From an uncultured delta proteobacterium (GTDB taxonomy: Bacteria > Desulfobacterota > RBG-13-43-22), in NCBI GenBank assembly GCA_963790475.1, contig CAWBOS010000006.1, forward strand, positions 160,001 through 224,000: a DNA stretch of 64,000 nucleotides, read 5' to 3'. The first letter of the stretch is position 1. Every line of letters starts with the position of its first letter. A program made the translations under genes and the position numbers. The notes below the pieces were generated by a model. It searched no databases. It was not told where the DNA came from and saw only the letters and a list, made by a program, of their open reading frames with translations. This document shows, piece after piece, positions 55,586 to 64,000 of this stretch.

Positions 55586-57169
55586 ATGCATAATTTCGAT
55601 AATGTGGGTCTTGTGGTGAAAATAAAATCTGGGTTAGGCAAATTGAAAAAGATTGAAAGAATGAGGCTATTATTTGTCGGTGTTGTCAGAAGGTTTGAAC
55701 AAGAAACCCCAATAGTCTATAGGCTCCTTCATGGAGGTTTTTGGGCTTTGGGGGGCACAGTTGCTTCTCGTATTTTTTCCATGGCTACCACAATTTTCAT
55801 CGCCAGAATTTTGGGTAAAGAAGATTATGGGGCCTATGGCATGGTTCAGAGCACCATAGGTATGTTCGGCCTTTTTGCAGGGATGGCTATGGGAGCTACA
55901 ACTTCAAAATATGTTGCCCAACTGAAATCAAGTGACCCTGCGAGAAGCGGTAGGATTATTGGGCTCACAATGATGCTTTCGATCATTTCAGGAGGTCTAT
56001 CAATGGTACTCATAATTACAGGAGCACCATGGTTGGCCCGAGTAACATTAAATCGCCCAGATCTGACTCCTATTTTGATGACTGGAGCAATATTGTTATT
56101 TATGATGACTGTAGGTGGGGTTCAGATTAGTTCCCTCGCCGGGTTCGAAGCATTCAAAGAAATTGCGATAATTAACGTCATACAGGGCGTCGCTACTCCT
56201 TTTATATCTCTGCCCCTGGTATACATCTATGGCATCCATGGGGCTATAGTTTCACTTATTATAATTACTGCTCTGGGTTGGTATTTTTGTAAAATTGCCA
56301 TTAAGCGGGAGTGCGATAAATTCAACATTGTCTACAAGACGTTTTCCTTTTCAAATTTAAGTGAACGGGGCATTCTTTGGAGATTTGCCTTGCCTGCTTT
56401 AATTTCAGGCGCTCTGGTTATCCCGGTTACATGGGCTACCAATGCAGTCCTTGTGAACCAGATTAACGGTTATTCCGAACTTGGCCTCTTTAATGCAGCT
56501 AATCAGTGGCGGCAATTCATAACATTTATCCCTCTAATACTTTCCGGGGTTATGCTGCCCATATTCTCAGATGTTCATGGTAGGCAGCAGAGCCATGAGT
56601 TTGTCCACGCGCTAAACATCAATTTGGGTTTGACATGGACCATTGCCCTACCGATGACTATCCTGACAATCGTTGTCAGGGGTCTAATATCCGATTTATT
56701 TGGTAGGCAATTTTCCGGTATGGTCCCCTTGATGGCACCACTCATGGTTACTTCTTTCTTAAACATTTTAAACAACGTAATTGGAACAGCTTTAATGGGA
56801 TCGGGACAAATGTGGATCGGGGCAATGTTCAATCTGGCGTGGGCTATCAGTTTATGCATAATCACATTAATCATGGTTCCTAAGTTTGGGGGTTTGGGCT
56901 TAGCAATTGCTTATTTGATCGCTTATGCCTTACATACCGTCTGGCAGATGATTTATGTCGAAATGAAACTGGCCCCATCTTCAATCCTCCGACACTGGAG
57001 GTTAATCCTAATATCAATTTTCTGTTTGGGGATTGCACCTTTTACATCCCAATCCTATCTGCCTTCAATCATTCCAAACTTATTTTTGATTGCAATAGGT
57101 TTCGTGCCATTATCGGGACTGATATACAGATTCTTTTCTGCCCAGCGCTCTTTCACCATAACTACTTAA
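55586..57169 (+). CDS. wzx: Wzx flippase
   Basis: ARILGKEDYGAY, ELGLFNAANQW, many TM helices; start uncertain. Confidence 0.88.
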   Translation: MHNFDNVGLVVKIKSGLGKLKKIERMRLLFVGVVRRFEQETPIVYRLLHGGFWALGGTVASRIFSMATTIFIARILGKEDYGAYGMVQSTIGMFGLFAGMAMGATTSKYVAQLKSSDPARSGRIIGLTMMLSIISGGLSMVLIITGAPWLARVTLNRPDLTPILMTGAILLFMMTVGGVQISSLAGFEAFKEIAIINVIQGVATPFISLPLVYIYGIHGAIVSLIIITALGWYFCKIAIKRECDKFNIVYKTFSFSNLSERGILWRFALPALISGALVIPVTWATNAVLVNQINGYSELGLFNAANQWRQFITFIPLILSGVMLPIFSDVHGRQQSHEFVHALNINLGLTWTIALPMTILTIVVRGLISDLFGRQFSGMVPLMAPLMVTSFLNILNNVIGTALMGSGQMWIGAMFNLAWAISLCIITLIMVPKFGGLGLAIAYLIAYALHTVWQMIYVEMKLAPSSILRHWRLILISIFCLGIAPFTSQSYLPSIIPNLFLIAIGFVPLSGLIYRFFSAQRSFTITT

Positions 57170-57255
57170 CAGCAATTTCGAAGTACCATACAAATTTTTT
57201 TATAAATTTAAAAACGGTCAAACTCGTAACACAATTTCATATAAAAACTGAAAAA

Positions 57256-57381
57256 TGTCAGTTTTTTTTACAAATATTCAAATACTATATCAATAAAGTA
57301 ATATATTGAATCTACATTATATTATGTGATCTGATTTTTTTAGCCACATGAATCTATTTATTTATGTCGGGAATTTTTACA
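57256..57381 (+). promoter_or_regulatory. Two TGT-N11-ACA enhancer-like boxes
   Basis: TGTCAGTTTTTTTTACA (57256-57272) and TGTCGGGAATTTTTACA (57365-57381), both ending TTTACA, upstream of a sigma54 site. Confidence 0.6.
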
Positions 57382-57445
57382 ATTCCTTGCTTGGCTATTT
57401 GAAAAAAATATGAAATTATTTAATAAAATTAAATAGATAAATAAT

Positions 57446-57461
57446 TGGTCTCAAATTTGCA
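57446..57461 (+). promoter_or_regulatory. Sigma54 -24/-12 promoter
   Basis: TGGTCTCAAATTTGCA, GG-N10-GC. Confidence 0.65.
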
Positions 57462-57495
57462 ATACATTTATATAAAAAATGCAAGGAGATTCCAA

Positions 57496-60400
57496 GTGAG
57501 AAATTCACGTTTAAATATTAATTTATTGATATTACTATTTATTTTAATAGTTCTTCCGTCGGTTGCCAGGGCCGATTGGCTTGATCCCGGATGGAGTAGT
57601 CGAGGGGTAATAACCGTGACCAACCCCGGAGGGGTCTCTTTGACCGGATTTCAGGTCAAAATACCACTTAATAGTACCTTTGATTTTAGTAGGTCGAAAA
57701 ATGATGGCTCTGATATTCGTTTGACTTCAGCGGATGGCATTACCCCCGTTCCGTTTTGGATAGAGTCTTGGAATAGTGCTGAAAAAACAGGCATTTTATG
57801 GGCAAAGGTGCCATCCATTTCTCCTACGGGTACGGCCCTCTTTCTTTATTATGGAAATCCTTCGGCAGTCAGTATCTCTAATGGGTCGGCAGTATTTGAA
57901 TTTTTTGATGATTTTGAATCAAACGGCACTACGACACTCGGATACTACCAATTGAATTTTCCTCAGACGGAACTGGTAAGGGACCAAGCCTGGGAAGCAA
58001 CCGCTCCACACTCTCTCAGCGTGGTGGAAGTGAACAGCGGGGGCTACACTTATTGGGGTTATTACGGGCTGCAGGATGGCTGTGGTGGGGTCGGTCTGGC
58101 CCGCAGTAATGACCTTATTAATTGGACAAAATACTCCCTTAATCCTTTATTCAGTAATGGAAGGTGGCCTTCTGTTCTTAAGGTGGACAAGACCTTTTAT
58201 ATGCTTTATACCAAGGACTTTTGTGCTACCAGTTATATTATCTTAGCAGAAAGTACCGACGGAATAGCCTTCAGTGACGTAAAACAGATAGTGTTACCGC
58301 AAACCGGCTACCGCAACCAGAACCCCAATCTGTTTTTCAACCCAAACGATGGTCAGTATTATCTGTACTGGTACAACGGAAACGATTCAAACAATTTTAT
58401 CATTAAAGCACGAAAGGCCCCTACCCCTGAAGGATTGGATAACCCGGCTACTGAGACGATCGTATTGCAATCCAGCAATACACTGGCTGCCCCTAATATG
58501 CTATTCCGTGACGGAACGTATTTTCTCTCGACGGAAAGCAAGGATAGTTCCGGCAATTGGATTGTCGATATCTACTCCAGCACCTCGCCGACCAGCGGAT
58601 TCTCCATGCTACCCGGGAACCCAATTATTCCTGATGGTGCTGCCTGTAACTTCCAGCATGTATTTGGAACTCAACTTCATGACTACTATTGTAAACAGAC
58701 GGGAGGCGTCTGGACCTTAGACCATCAGGTCGCCGATTTGACAGCCGGACGGGTAAACGAGCCATCAGGGGATCTTAGCAAATGGGCTGCCAGCGGCGGC
58801 ACATGGAATATTGTCAGCGATATCCAGCAGGATGGATCCGTGGGCGGTGTGGCCCAGGGCAGTATCAGCAATACCCGGGACATTCTTCTCTCCTCGTACA
58901 CCGGTACAGATTATGTCCTTGAAGGGTACGGCCGGCTGCTCAGCGGGCGTGTGTGGGGTTTCGGCACGCGGGCAACCGACAAGAATAATTTGTATTCCAG
59001 TAATCTTTACGAGGACCTTGACGGGACTTATAACCTGTATGAATACGATTGGGCAGGAGGCAGGGCCTCGACGCTTGCGCTGGCGGGCGTGGGCCAGATT
59101 GACCTCGATAGCTGGTACAAGCTCACGGTGAAGGCACACGGGAACACGATAGAGGTATTTAAGGATGATGTGCTCATGATCAACCCCACCTCTTCTCAAT
59201 ATGCCTCCGGTGCGGTGGCCCTCTATGGCGAGCGAAATACCGTAGCCCAGTTCAACAACGTGCTGGTGAGGAAGTATGCAGCCACAGAGCCTGTGGCGAC
59301 AATCACGCAATCAACAGTCATCACGAGCCTCAGCCCTTCCTCTGCGACAGCCGGCGGTCCTGCTTTTACACTGACGGTGAACGGGGGCAATTTTACTGTC
59401 AATTCCGTAGTGCAATGGAACGGTTCGGCTCGAACGACCACGTTTTTATCGGGCAGCCAGCTTCAGGCGAGCATCAGTGCGGCTGATATTGCTAATTCCG
59501 GAATAGTAGGAGTCTCCGTATTTGATCCCAATTCATCCGGTCTTTCCAACACGGTCACGTTTACGGTTCAGGGTCCAGCCTTACAGCCGGTTCTCGTGAG
59601 CCTCGCTCCTTCCTCTGCGACAGCGGGTGGCCCCGCCTTCACCCTGACGGTGAACGGGAGCAATTTTACCGGAAGCTCCGTAGTGCAATGGAACGGTTCG
59701 GCGCGAACGACCACGTTCTTGTCGGGCAGCCAGCTTCAGGCGAGCATCAGTGCAACGGACATAGCCTCTTCGGGGAATGTTCCGGTGACGGTGTTTACCC
59801 CGTCACCCGGAGGAGGGACCTCGAATTCGATATCGTTTGGGATTGTTAATACCGTGCCACTTCTTGTGTCGCTCACTCCTTCTTCTGCGACAGCCGGTAA
59901 TTCTGCTTTTACCCTGACGGTGAACGGGGGCAATTTTACTGTCAATTCCGTAGTACAGTGGAACGGTTCGGCTCGAACGACCACGTTTTTATCGGGCAGC
60001 CAGCTTCAGGCGAGCATCAGTGCGGCTGATATTGCTAATTCCGGAATAGTAGGAGTCTCCGTATTTGATCCCAATTCATCCGGTCTTTCCAACACGGTCA
60101 CGTTTACGGTTCAGGGTCCAGCCTTACAGCCGGTTCTCGTGAGCCTCGCTCCTTCCTCTGCGACAGCGGGTGGCCCCGCCTTCACCCTGACGGTGAACGG
60201 GAGCAATTTTACCGGAAGCTCCGTAGTGCAATGGAACGGTTCGGCGCGAACGACCACGTTCTTGTCGGGCAGCCAGCTTCAAGCGAGCATCAGCGTAACG
60301 GATATAGTCTCGGCGGGGAATGTTCCGGTGACGGTGTTTACCCCGTCACCCGGAGGAGGGACCTCGAATTCGATATCGTTCGTTGTTGCCCCTCAACCGG

Positions 60401-61308
60401 GGCAGATAGGCTGGCTTGATCCGGCATGGAGTAGTCGAAAGTTAGTAACCATCACCAATCCGGGAGGGGTGACCCTGAGCAACTTCCAGGTTTGGGTGAC
60501 GTTAGACAGCAGCTTTGACTTTGCCAGCGTGAAAAGCGATGGCTCCGATATTCGCTTTACCATGGACGACGGCATTACCCCTGTTTCTTTCTGGATAGAG
60601 TCTTGGAACAGCACAAACCGGACGGCCCTTATTTGGGTGAATATACCGTCAATTCCATCCGCCGGGACGTCTCTTTATCTTTATTACGGAAATCCGGGTG
60701 CCGTCACGGCGGCCAACGGATCGGCAACGTTCGATTTCTTTGATGATTTTGAAGGGACAGCACTTGATACATCGAGGTGGACTGCGAGCGGAGGCACGTG
60801 GTCCATTGTCAGCGATGTCCAGCAAGACGGATCTGTGGGAGGGGTAGCCCAGGGAAGTATCAGCAACACCCTTGATATCCTTCGCTCCTCGTATACCGGT
60901 ACTGATTATGTGCTTGAAGCATACGGCCGGCTGCTCAGCGGGCGGGTATGGGGGCTTGGTACACGGGCAACGGACAAAAATAACTTGTATTCCAGCAATT
61001 TGTATGCAGATTTGGACAGTGCCTACAACCTGTATGAATATGGCTGGTCGGGAGGCCGTGCCTCGACGCTTGCGCTGGCGGGCGTGGGCCAGATTGACCT
61101 CGATAGCTGGTATATTCTCACGGTGAAGGTCCATGGGAATACGATCGAGGTATTAAAGGACGGGGTCTCCATGATCAATACTACCTCCGCTCTATATGCT
61201 TCCGGCGCTGTGGCTCTCTACGGCGAACGAAATACCGTCGCCCAGTTCAACAACGTGCTGGTAAGAAAATATGCAGCAGTGGAACCTCAGGCGACAATAG
61301 CGCCTTGA
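57496..61308 (+). CDS. Large secreted protein: DUF2341, beta-propeller glycoside-hydrolase-like domain, lectin-like domain, 4 IPT/TIG, DUF2341, lectin-like domain
   Basis: GTG after AGGAG; signal peptide; DGSDIR..FWIESW..LYYGNP..FDDFE twice; GLARSNDLINW; AGGPAFTLTVNG-type x4. Confidence 0.8.
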   Translation: MRNSRLNINLLILLFILIVLPSVARADWLDPGWSSRGVITVTNPGGVSLTGFQVKIPLNSTFDFSRSKNDGSDIRLTSADGITPVPFWIESWNSAEKTGILWAKVPSISPTGTALFLYYGNPSAVSISNGSAVFEFFDDFESNGTTTLGYYQLNFPQTELVRDQAWEATAPHSLSVVEVNSGGYTYWGYYGLQDGCGGVGLARSNDLINWTKYSLNPLFSNGRWPSVLKVDKTFYMLYTKDFCATSYIILAESTDGIAFSDVKQIVLPQTGYRNQNPNLFFNPNDGQYYLYWYNGNDSNNFIIKARKAPTPEGLDNPATETIVLQSSNTLAAPNMLFRDGTYFLSTESKDSSGNWIVDIYSSTSPTSGFSMLPGNPIIPDGAACNFQHVFGTQLHDYYCKQTGGVWTLDHQVADLTAGRVNEPSGDLSKWAASGGTWNIVSDIQQDGSVGGVAQGSISNTRDILLSSYTGTDYVLEGYGRLLSGRVWGFGTRATDKNNLYSSNLYEDLDGTYNLYEYDWAGGRASTLALAGVGQIDLDSWYKLTVKAHGNTIEVFKDDVLMINPTSSQYASGAVALYGERNTVAQFNNVLVRKYAATEPVATITQSTVITSLSPSSATAGGPAFTLTVNGGNFTVNSVVQWNGSARTTTFLSGSQLQASISAADIANSGIVGVSVFDPNSSGLSNTVTFTVQGPALQPVLVSLAPSSATAGGPAFTLTVNGSNFTGSSVVQWNGSARTTTFLSGSQLQASISATDIASSGNVPVTVFTPSPGGGTSNSISFGIVNTVPLLVSLTPSSATAGNSAFTLTVNGGNFTVNSVVQWNGSARTTTFLSGSQLQASISAADIANSGIVGVSVFDPNSSGLSNTVTFTVQGPALQPVLVSLAPSSATAGGPAFTLTVNGSNFTGSSVVQWNGSARTTTFLSGSQLQASISVTDIVSAGNVPVTVFTPSPGGGTSNSISFVVAPQPGQIGWLDPAWSSRKLVTITNPGGVTLSNFQVWVTLDSSFDFASVKSDGSDIRFTMDDGITPVSFWIESWNSTNRTALIWVNIPSIPSAGTSLYLYYGNPGAVTAANGSATFDFFDDFEGTALDTSRWTASGGTWSIVSDVQQDGSVGGVAQGSISNTLDILRSSYTGTDYVLEAYGRLLSGRVWGLGTRATDKNNLYSSNLYADLDSAYNLYEYGWSGGRASTLALAGVGQIDLDSWYILTVKVHGNTIEVLKDGVSMINTTSALYASGAVALYGERNTVAQFNNVLVRKYAAVEPQATIAP
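59325..60385 (+). repeat. Near-identical tandem duplication, 543-bp period (two IPT domains per unit)
   Basis: ctgacggtgaacgggggcaattttactgtc at 59371 and 59914, with near-identity continuing downstream. Confidence 0.9.
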
Positions 61309-61392
61309 TAAGGAGAGATTTTTAGGTTTTATATTCAAAAGCGTGGTTATAATGATAGCATTAAATCTATAAGTCAATCCATTTTCCTTCAA

Positions 61393-61421
61393 GAGGCTGC
61401 TTGAAATTTTCAACCAGCCTC
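61393..61421 (+). terminator. Hairpin, possible terminator or collapsed IS footprint
   Basis: GAGGCTGCTTGAAATTTTCAACCAGCCTC followed by a pyrimidine run. Confidence 0.5.
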
Positions 61422-61536
61422 CTTCCCTTTTTGACAGAGCTGACTCAATCCCTCATCCAAAATAATCAGAAATTTCAACTCTTCCTTACCGATGCCATAA
61501 AACGGTTAAGATAATTATTCTCGGGGAAAATTCTTT

Positions 61537-62730
61537 ATGAAGATAGCATTTATCTTTGGAACACGGCCGGAAGCCATTAAGTTGGCACCGATTATCCTGG
61601 CGATGAGAAACCACCCGGTTATGCAGGGCATAGTTTGTGTCACCGGACAACACAGAGAAATGCTTGACCAGATGATGAACGTTTTTGGAATCACAGCTGA
61701 TGCCGATTTAGGGCTGATGCAGCCTAACCAAACCCTGTCTGGTCTAACGGCAAGGGCGATAGAAGCCTTGGATGGGTTTCTGCAGGAGGTTAAGCCTGAT
61801 TTTATTTTTGTTCAGGGGGACACGACAACGGCCTTTTGTGCTGCCTTGGTTGCCTTTTATCACCACATTCCTGTTGGGCACGTCGAGGCCGGGCTACGGA
61901 CATATAACTATGAGGCTCCCTGGCCTGAAGAGGCCAATCGAGTCCTTCTTTCCCGTTTGGCCTCCCTCCATTTTACACCGACAGAAATCTCCAGGGAAAA
62001 CCTTCTTAAAGAAGGTATTGCGGATAAGACAATAACCATAACTGGAAATACTGTCATTGATGCCTTATTTTTAGCTTTAAAGATGGTTAAACAAAAGCTG
62101 CCAAGAATTCCGGATCTTCCAGATTTCCTTCAGCCTTCAGCCGGAAGCCAAAATAATAATCCAAGAATGATCCTCATAACCGGGCACCGAAGGGAGAGTT
62201 TCGGGAAGGGATTCGAAAATATCTGCCAGGCGATCGCTGAATTGGCAATGCGTTTTTCAGATGTCCATTTTGTCTATCCCGTTCATCTCAACCCAAATGT
62301 GCAAGTCCCGGTGAGGCGCATTCTTGGTTTCGGCGAGGGCGGTTCAAAAGAGAGAAGAAACGGGGAAGGCCAGTATGATCAAACTCCACTCTGGAATGTT
62401 CACTTGATTGAACCTTTAGCCTATCTGGAATTTATCGGTATGATGGAAAGATCCACCCTGTTACTGACCGATTCCGGAGGGGTTCAGGAAGAAGCCCCTA
62501 GCCTAGGGAAACCGGTACTGGTAATGCGGGAAACTACCGAGCGACCAGAGGGTGTAGCTGCCGGGACGGCTCGTCTGGTAGGAACGGACAAAGAGAGGAT
62601 CGTTTCTGAGGTGTCGCGCTTGCTTAATGATCAAGAATTTTACTTATCTATGTCCCAACGCCGTAATCCTTACGGAGATGGCCTGGCATCGGAAAGAATT
62701 ATCCAGGTGGTTTGTGACTACCTGAAATGA
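61537..62730 (+). CDS. wecB: UDP-N-acetylglucosamine 2-epimerase (non-hydrolysing)
   Basis: FGTRPEAIK, VQGDTTT, HVEAGLRT, TGHRRE, DSGGVQEEAP, NPYGDG. Confidence 0.95.
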   Translation: MKIAFIFGTRPEAIKLAPIILAMRNHPVMQGIVCVTGQHREMLDQMMNVFGITADADLGLMQPNQTLSGLTARAIEALDGFLQEVKPDFIFVQGDTTTAFCAALVAFYHHIPVGHVEAGLRTYNYEAPWPEEANRVLLSRLASLHFTPTEISRENLLKEGIADKTITITGNTVIDALFLALKMVKQKLPRIPDLPDFLQPSAGSQNNNPRMILITGHRRESFGKGFENICQAIAELAMRFSDVHFVYPVHLNPNVQVPVRRILGFGEGGSKERRNGEGQYDQTPLWNVHLIEPLAYLEFIGMMERSTLLLTDSGGVQEEAPSLGKPVLVMRETTERPEGVAAGTARLVGTDKERIVSEVSRLLNDQEFYLSMSQRRNPYGDGLASERIIQVVCDYLK

Positions 62731-62995
62731 TCATGACTGGTTCTGATGAATATCATTTGTGTCGGAGTGAGCGACCCTACATAGAGATTCGGTTTCATAG
62801 GGTGTATTCGATTACAAGTTGAAGCTTCCCAATTCTTGCCTCGGATTCAGAAATGGCCCAACAAAATTTTGGATGTGGGTGTCTTATGGACATCCGATAT
62901 TTAAAGAACGATTAAGGACCTATGGCCTGTCATAATGGGGGACGTTGGTGCAGAAAGTTCTTGACGGAAGGGACGGGTTGTGAGATGATGGTATA

Positions 62996-63961
62996 ATGCC
63001 ACGATTAGCCCGCTTAGACGCCCACGGGGTGTTGCACCACGTCATTGGCCGTGGGATTGAACGTAGAAAGATATTTTATAAGGATAAGGATCGGGAGGAT
63101 TTTGTTGACCGGCTGGCGGGATTGGCGGAAAAGGGGGCCTGGGTCGTTTATGCCTGGGTCCTGATGTCCAATCATTATCATCTGTTGATCAAGACCAAAA
63201 ATCAGCCCCTGGCCGACAACATGAGGAAACTGTTGACCGGGTACGCGGTTAACTTCAACCACCGGCATAAGCGTGTAGGGCATCTGTTTCAAAACCGGTA
63301 TAAATCCATTGTCTGCCAGGAAGAGAACTATTTGCGAGAATTGGTTCGCTACATTCATCTGAACCCGCTGAGAGCCGGATTGGTTCAAGATACGGAACAG
63401 CTTAACCGGTATCCCTGGTCGGGGCATTCGGCTTTGCTGGGCTGGGTCAAACGGGAATGGCAGGATATCGGTTATGTGATGTCCTTTTTCGGCAACGAGC
63501 GACAGGCCCGCCGGAACTATTTAACCTACATGGTCGAAGGGATAGAGCAGGGGAGACGCGCGGATTTGGTCGGGGGAGGGTTGCTCCGAAGTTTGGGCGG
63601 CTGGTCGGAAGTGTTAGCCTTAAGAACCAAAAAAGAGCGGGTTCCCTACGACCAACGGATACTTGGAGATGGAGACTTTGTGGAGGGTTTACGATCGGCC
63701 TTGGACGATTTAATTTTTAGAAATCGAAGAAGTACAGTGAAGACCATGGACTTGGAAACCTTAATCGAACAAACCGGTTCCAAATACGGCCTGCTCCCGG
63801 GGGAACTCCGGTCCGGAAGCCGAAGGCGTGAGGCGGTCCGGGCTCGTGGGGAAATCGCCTGGGGAGCTGTGCGGGAACTGGGATATTCGGGGGCCGAGGT
63901 GGCCCGGTATCTGGGTGTGACCACTTCCTGCATCAACCGGGTGGTGGGAAGGGGCCGGTAA
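62996..63961 (+). CDS. RAYT-like Y1 HUH transposase with C-terminal DnaA-C-like HTH
   Basis: MPRLAR..HHVIGRG, MSNHYHLL, GHLFQNRYKS, YIHLNP, YPWS. Confidence 0.88.
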   Translation: MPRLARLDAHGVLHHVIGRGIERRKIFYKDKDREDFVDRLAGLAEKGAWVVYAWVLMSNHYHLLIKTKNQPLADNMRKLLTGYAVNFNHRHKRVGHLFQNRYKSIVCQEENYLRELVRYIHLNPLRAGLVQDTEQLNRYPWSGHSALLGWVKREWQDIGYVMSFFGNERQARRNYLTYMVEGIEQGRRADLVGGGLLRSLGGWSEVLALRTKKERVPYDQRILGDGDFVEGLRSALDDLIFRNRRSTVKTMDLETLIEQTGSKYGLLPGELRSGSRRREAVRARGEIAWGAVRELGYSGAEVARYLGVTTSCINRVVGRGR

Positions 63962-63996
63962 GATTGGGATAATGGAAGGGTGGAAGATTGGAAGGA
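63962..63996 (+). repeat. 8-mer repeat arm (TGGAAGAT-type) right after the transposase stop, cut by window end
   Basis: tgggataa tggaaggg tggaagat tggaagga. Confidence 0.6.
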
Positions 63997-64000
63997 CAAA

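Noticed and set aside
62325-62395. Extra loop in WecB as another repeat insert
   Set aside because: An insertion is apparent but no repeat unit is recognisable in the DNA
157-63999. Numerous short antisense and alternate-frame ORFs in the track
   Set aside because: They are shadows of well-supported + strand genes

Overview
Bacterial window, almost entirely + strand, most consistent with an anaerobic deltaproteobacterium (Desulfobacterota-like; inference from gene content). 1-4.8 kb: end of an anaerobic aromatic-degradation/electron-transfer cluster (HdrA/BamE-like, selenocysteine-containing MvhD/BamF-like protein with a SECIS-like hairpin, bzd-type benzoyl-CoA reductase P and Q subunits, truncated ferredoxin). 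5-11.8 kb: sigma54 signalling block with several atypical receiver domains. 11.8-62.7 kb: a ~51 kb Wzx/Wzy exopolysaccharide locus of the exosortase/PEP-CTERM-associated type (no exosortase or PEP-CTERM gene seen in the window). It carries two unusual tailoring modules: a prolyl-carrier-protein/pyrrole-type cassette and a ComA/ComB/ATP-grasp/LarA sulfolactate cassette. A RAYT-like HUH transposase ends the window. The most striking unexplained structure is a set of 7-9 nt short-repeat families that build long imperfect hairpins between genes, wrap three four-helix-bundle (23S-IVP/Avd-like) genes and a hicBA cassette, and also occur in frame inside the DegT aminotransferase and a polysaccharide deacetylase. 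Four +1 frameshifts may be assembly errors. All calls come from motif recognition by eye; no database searches were run.
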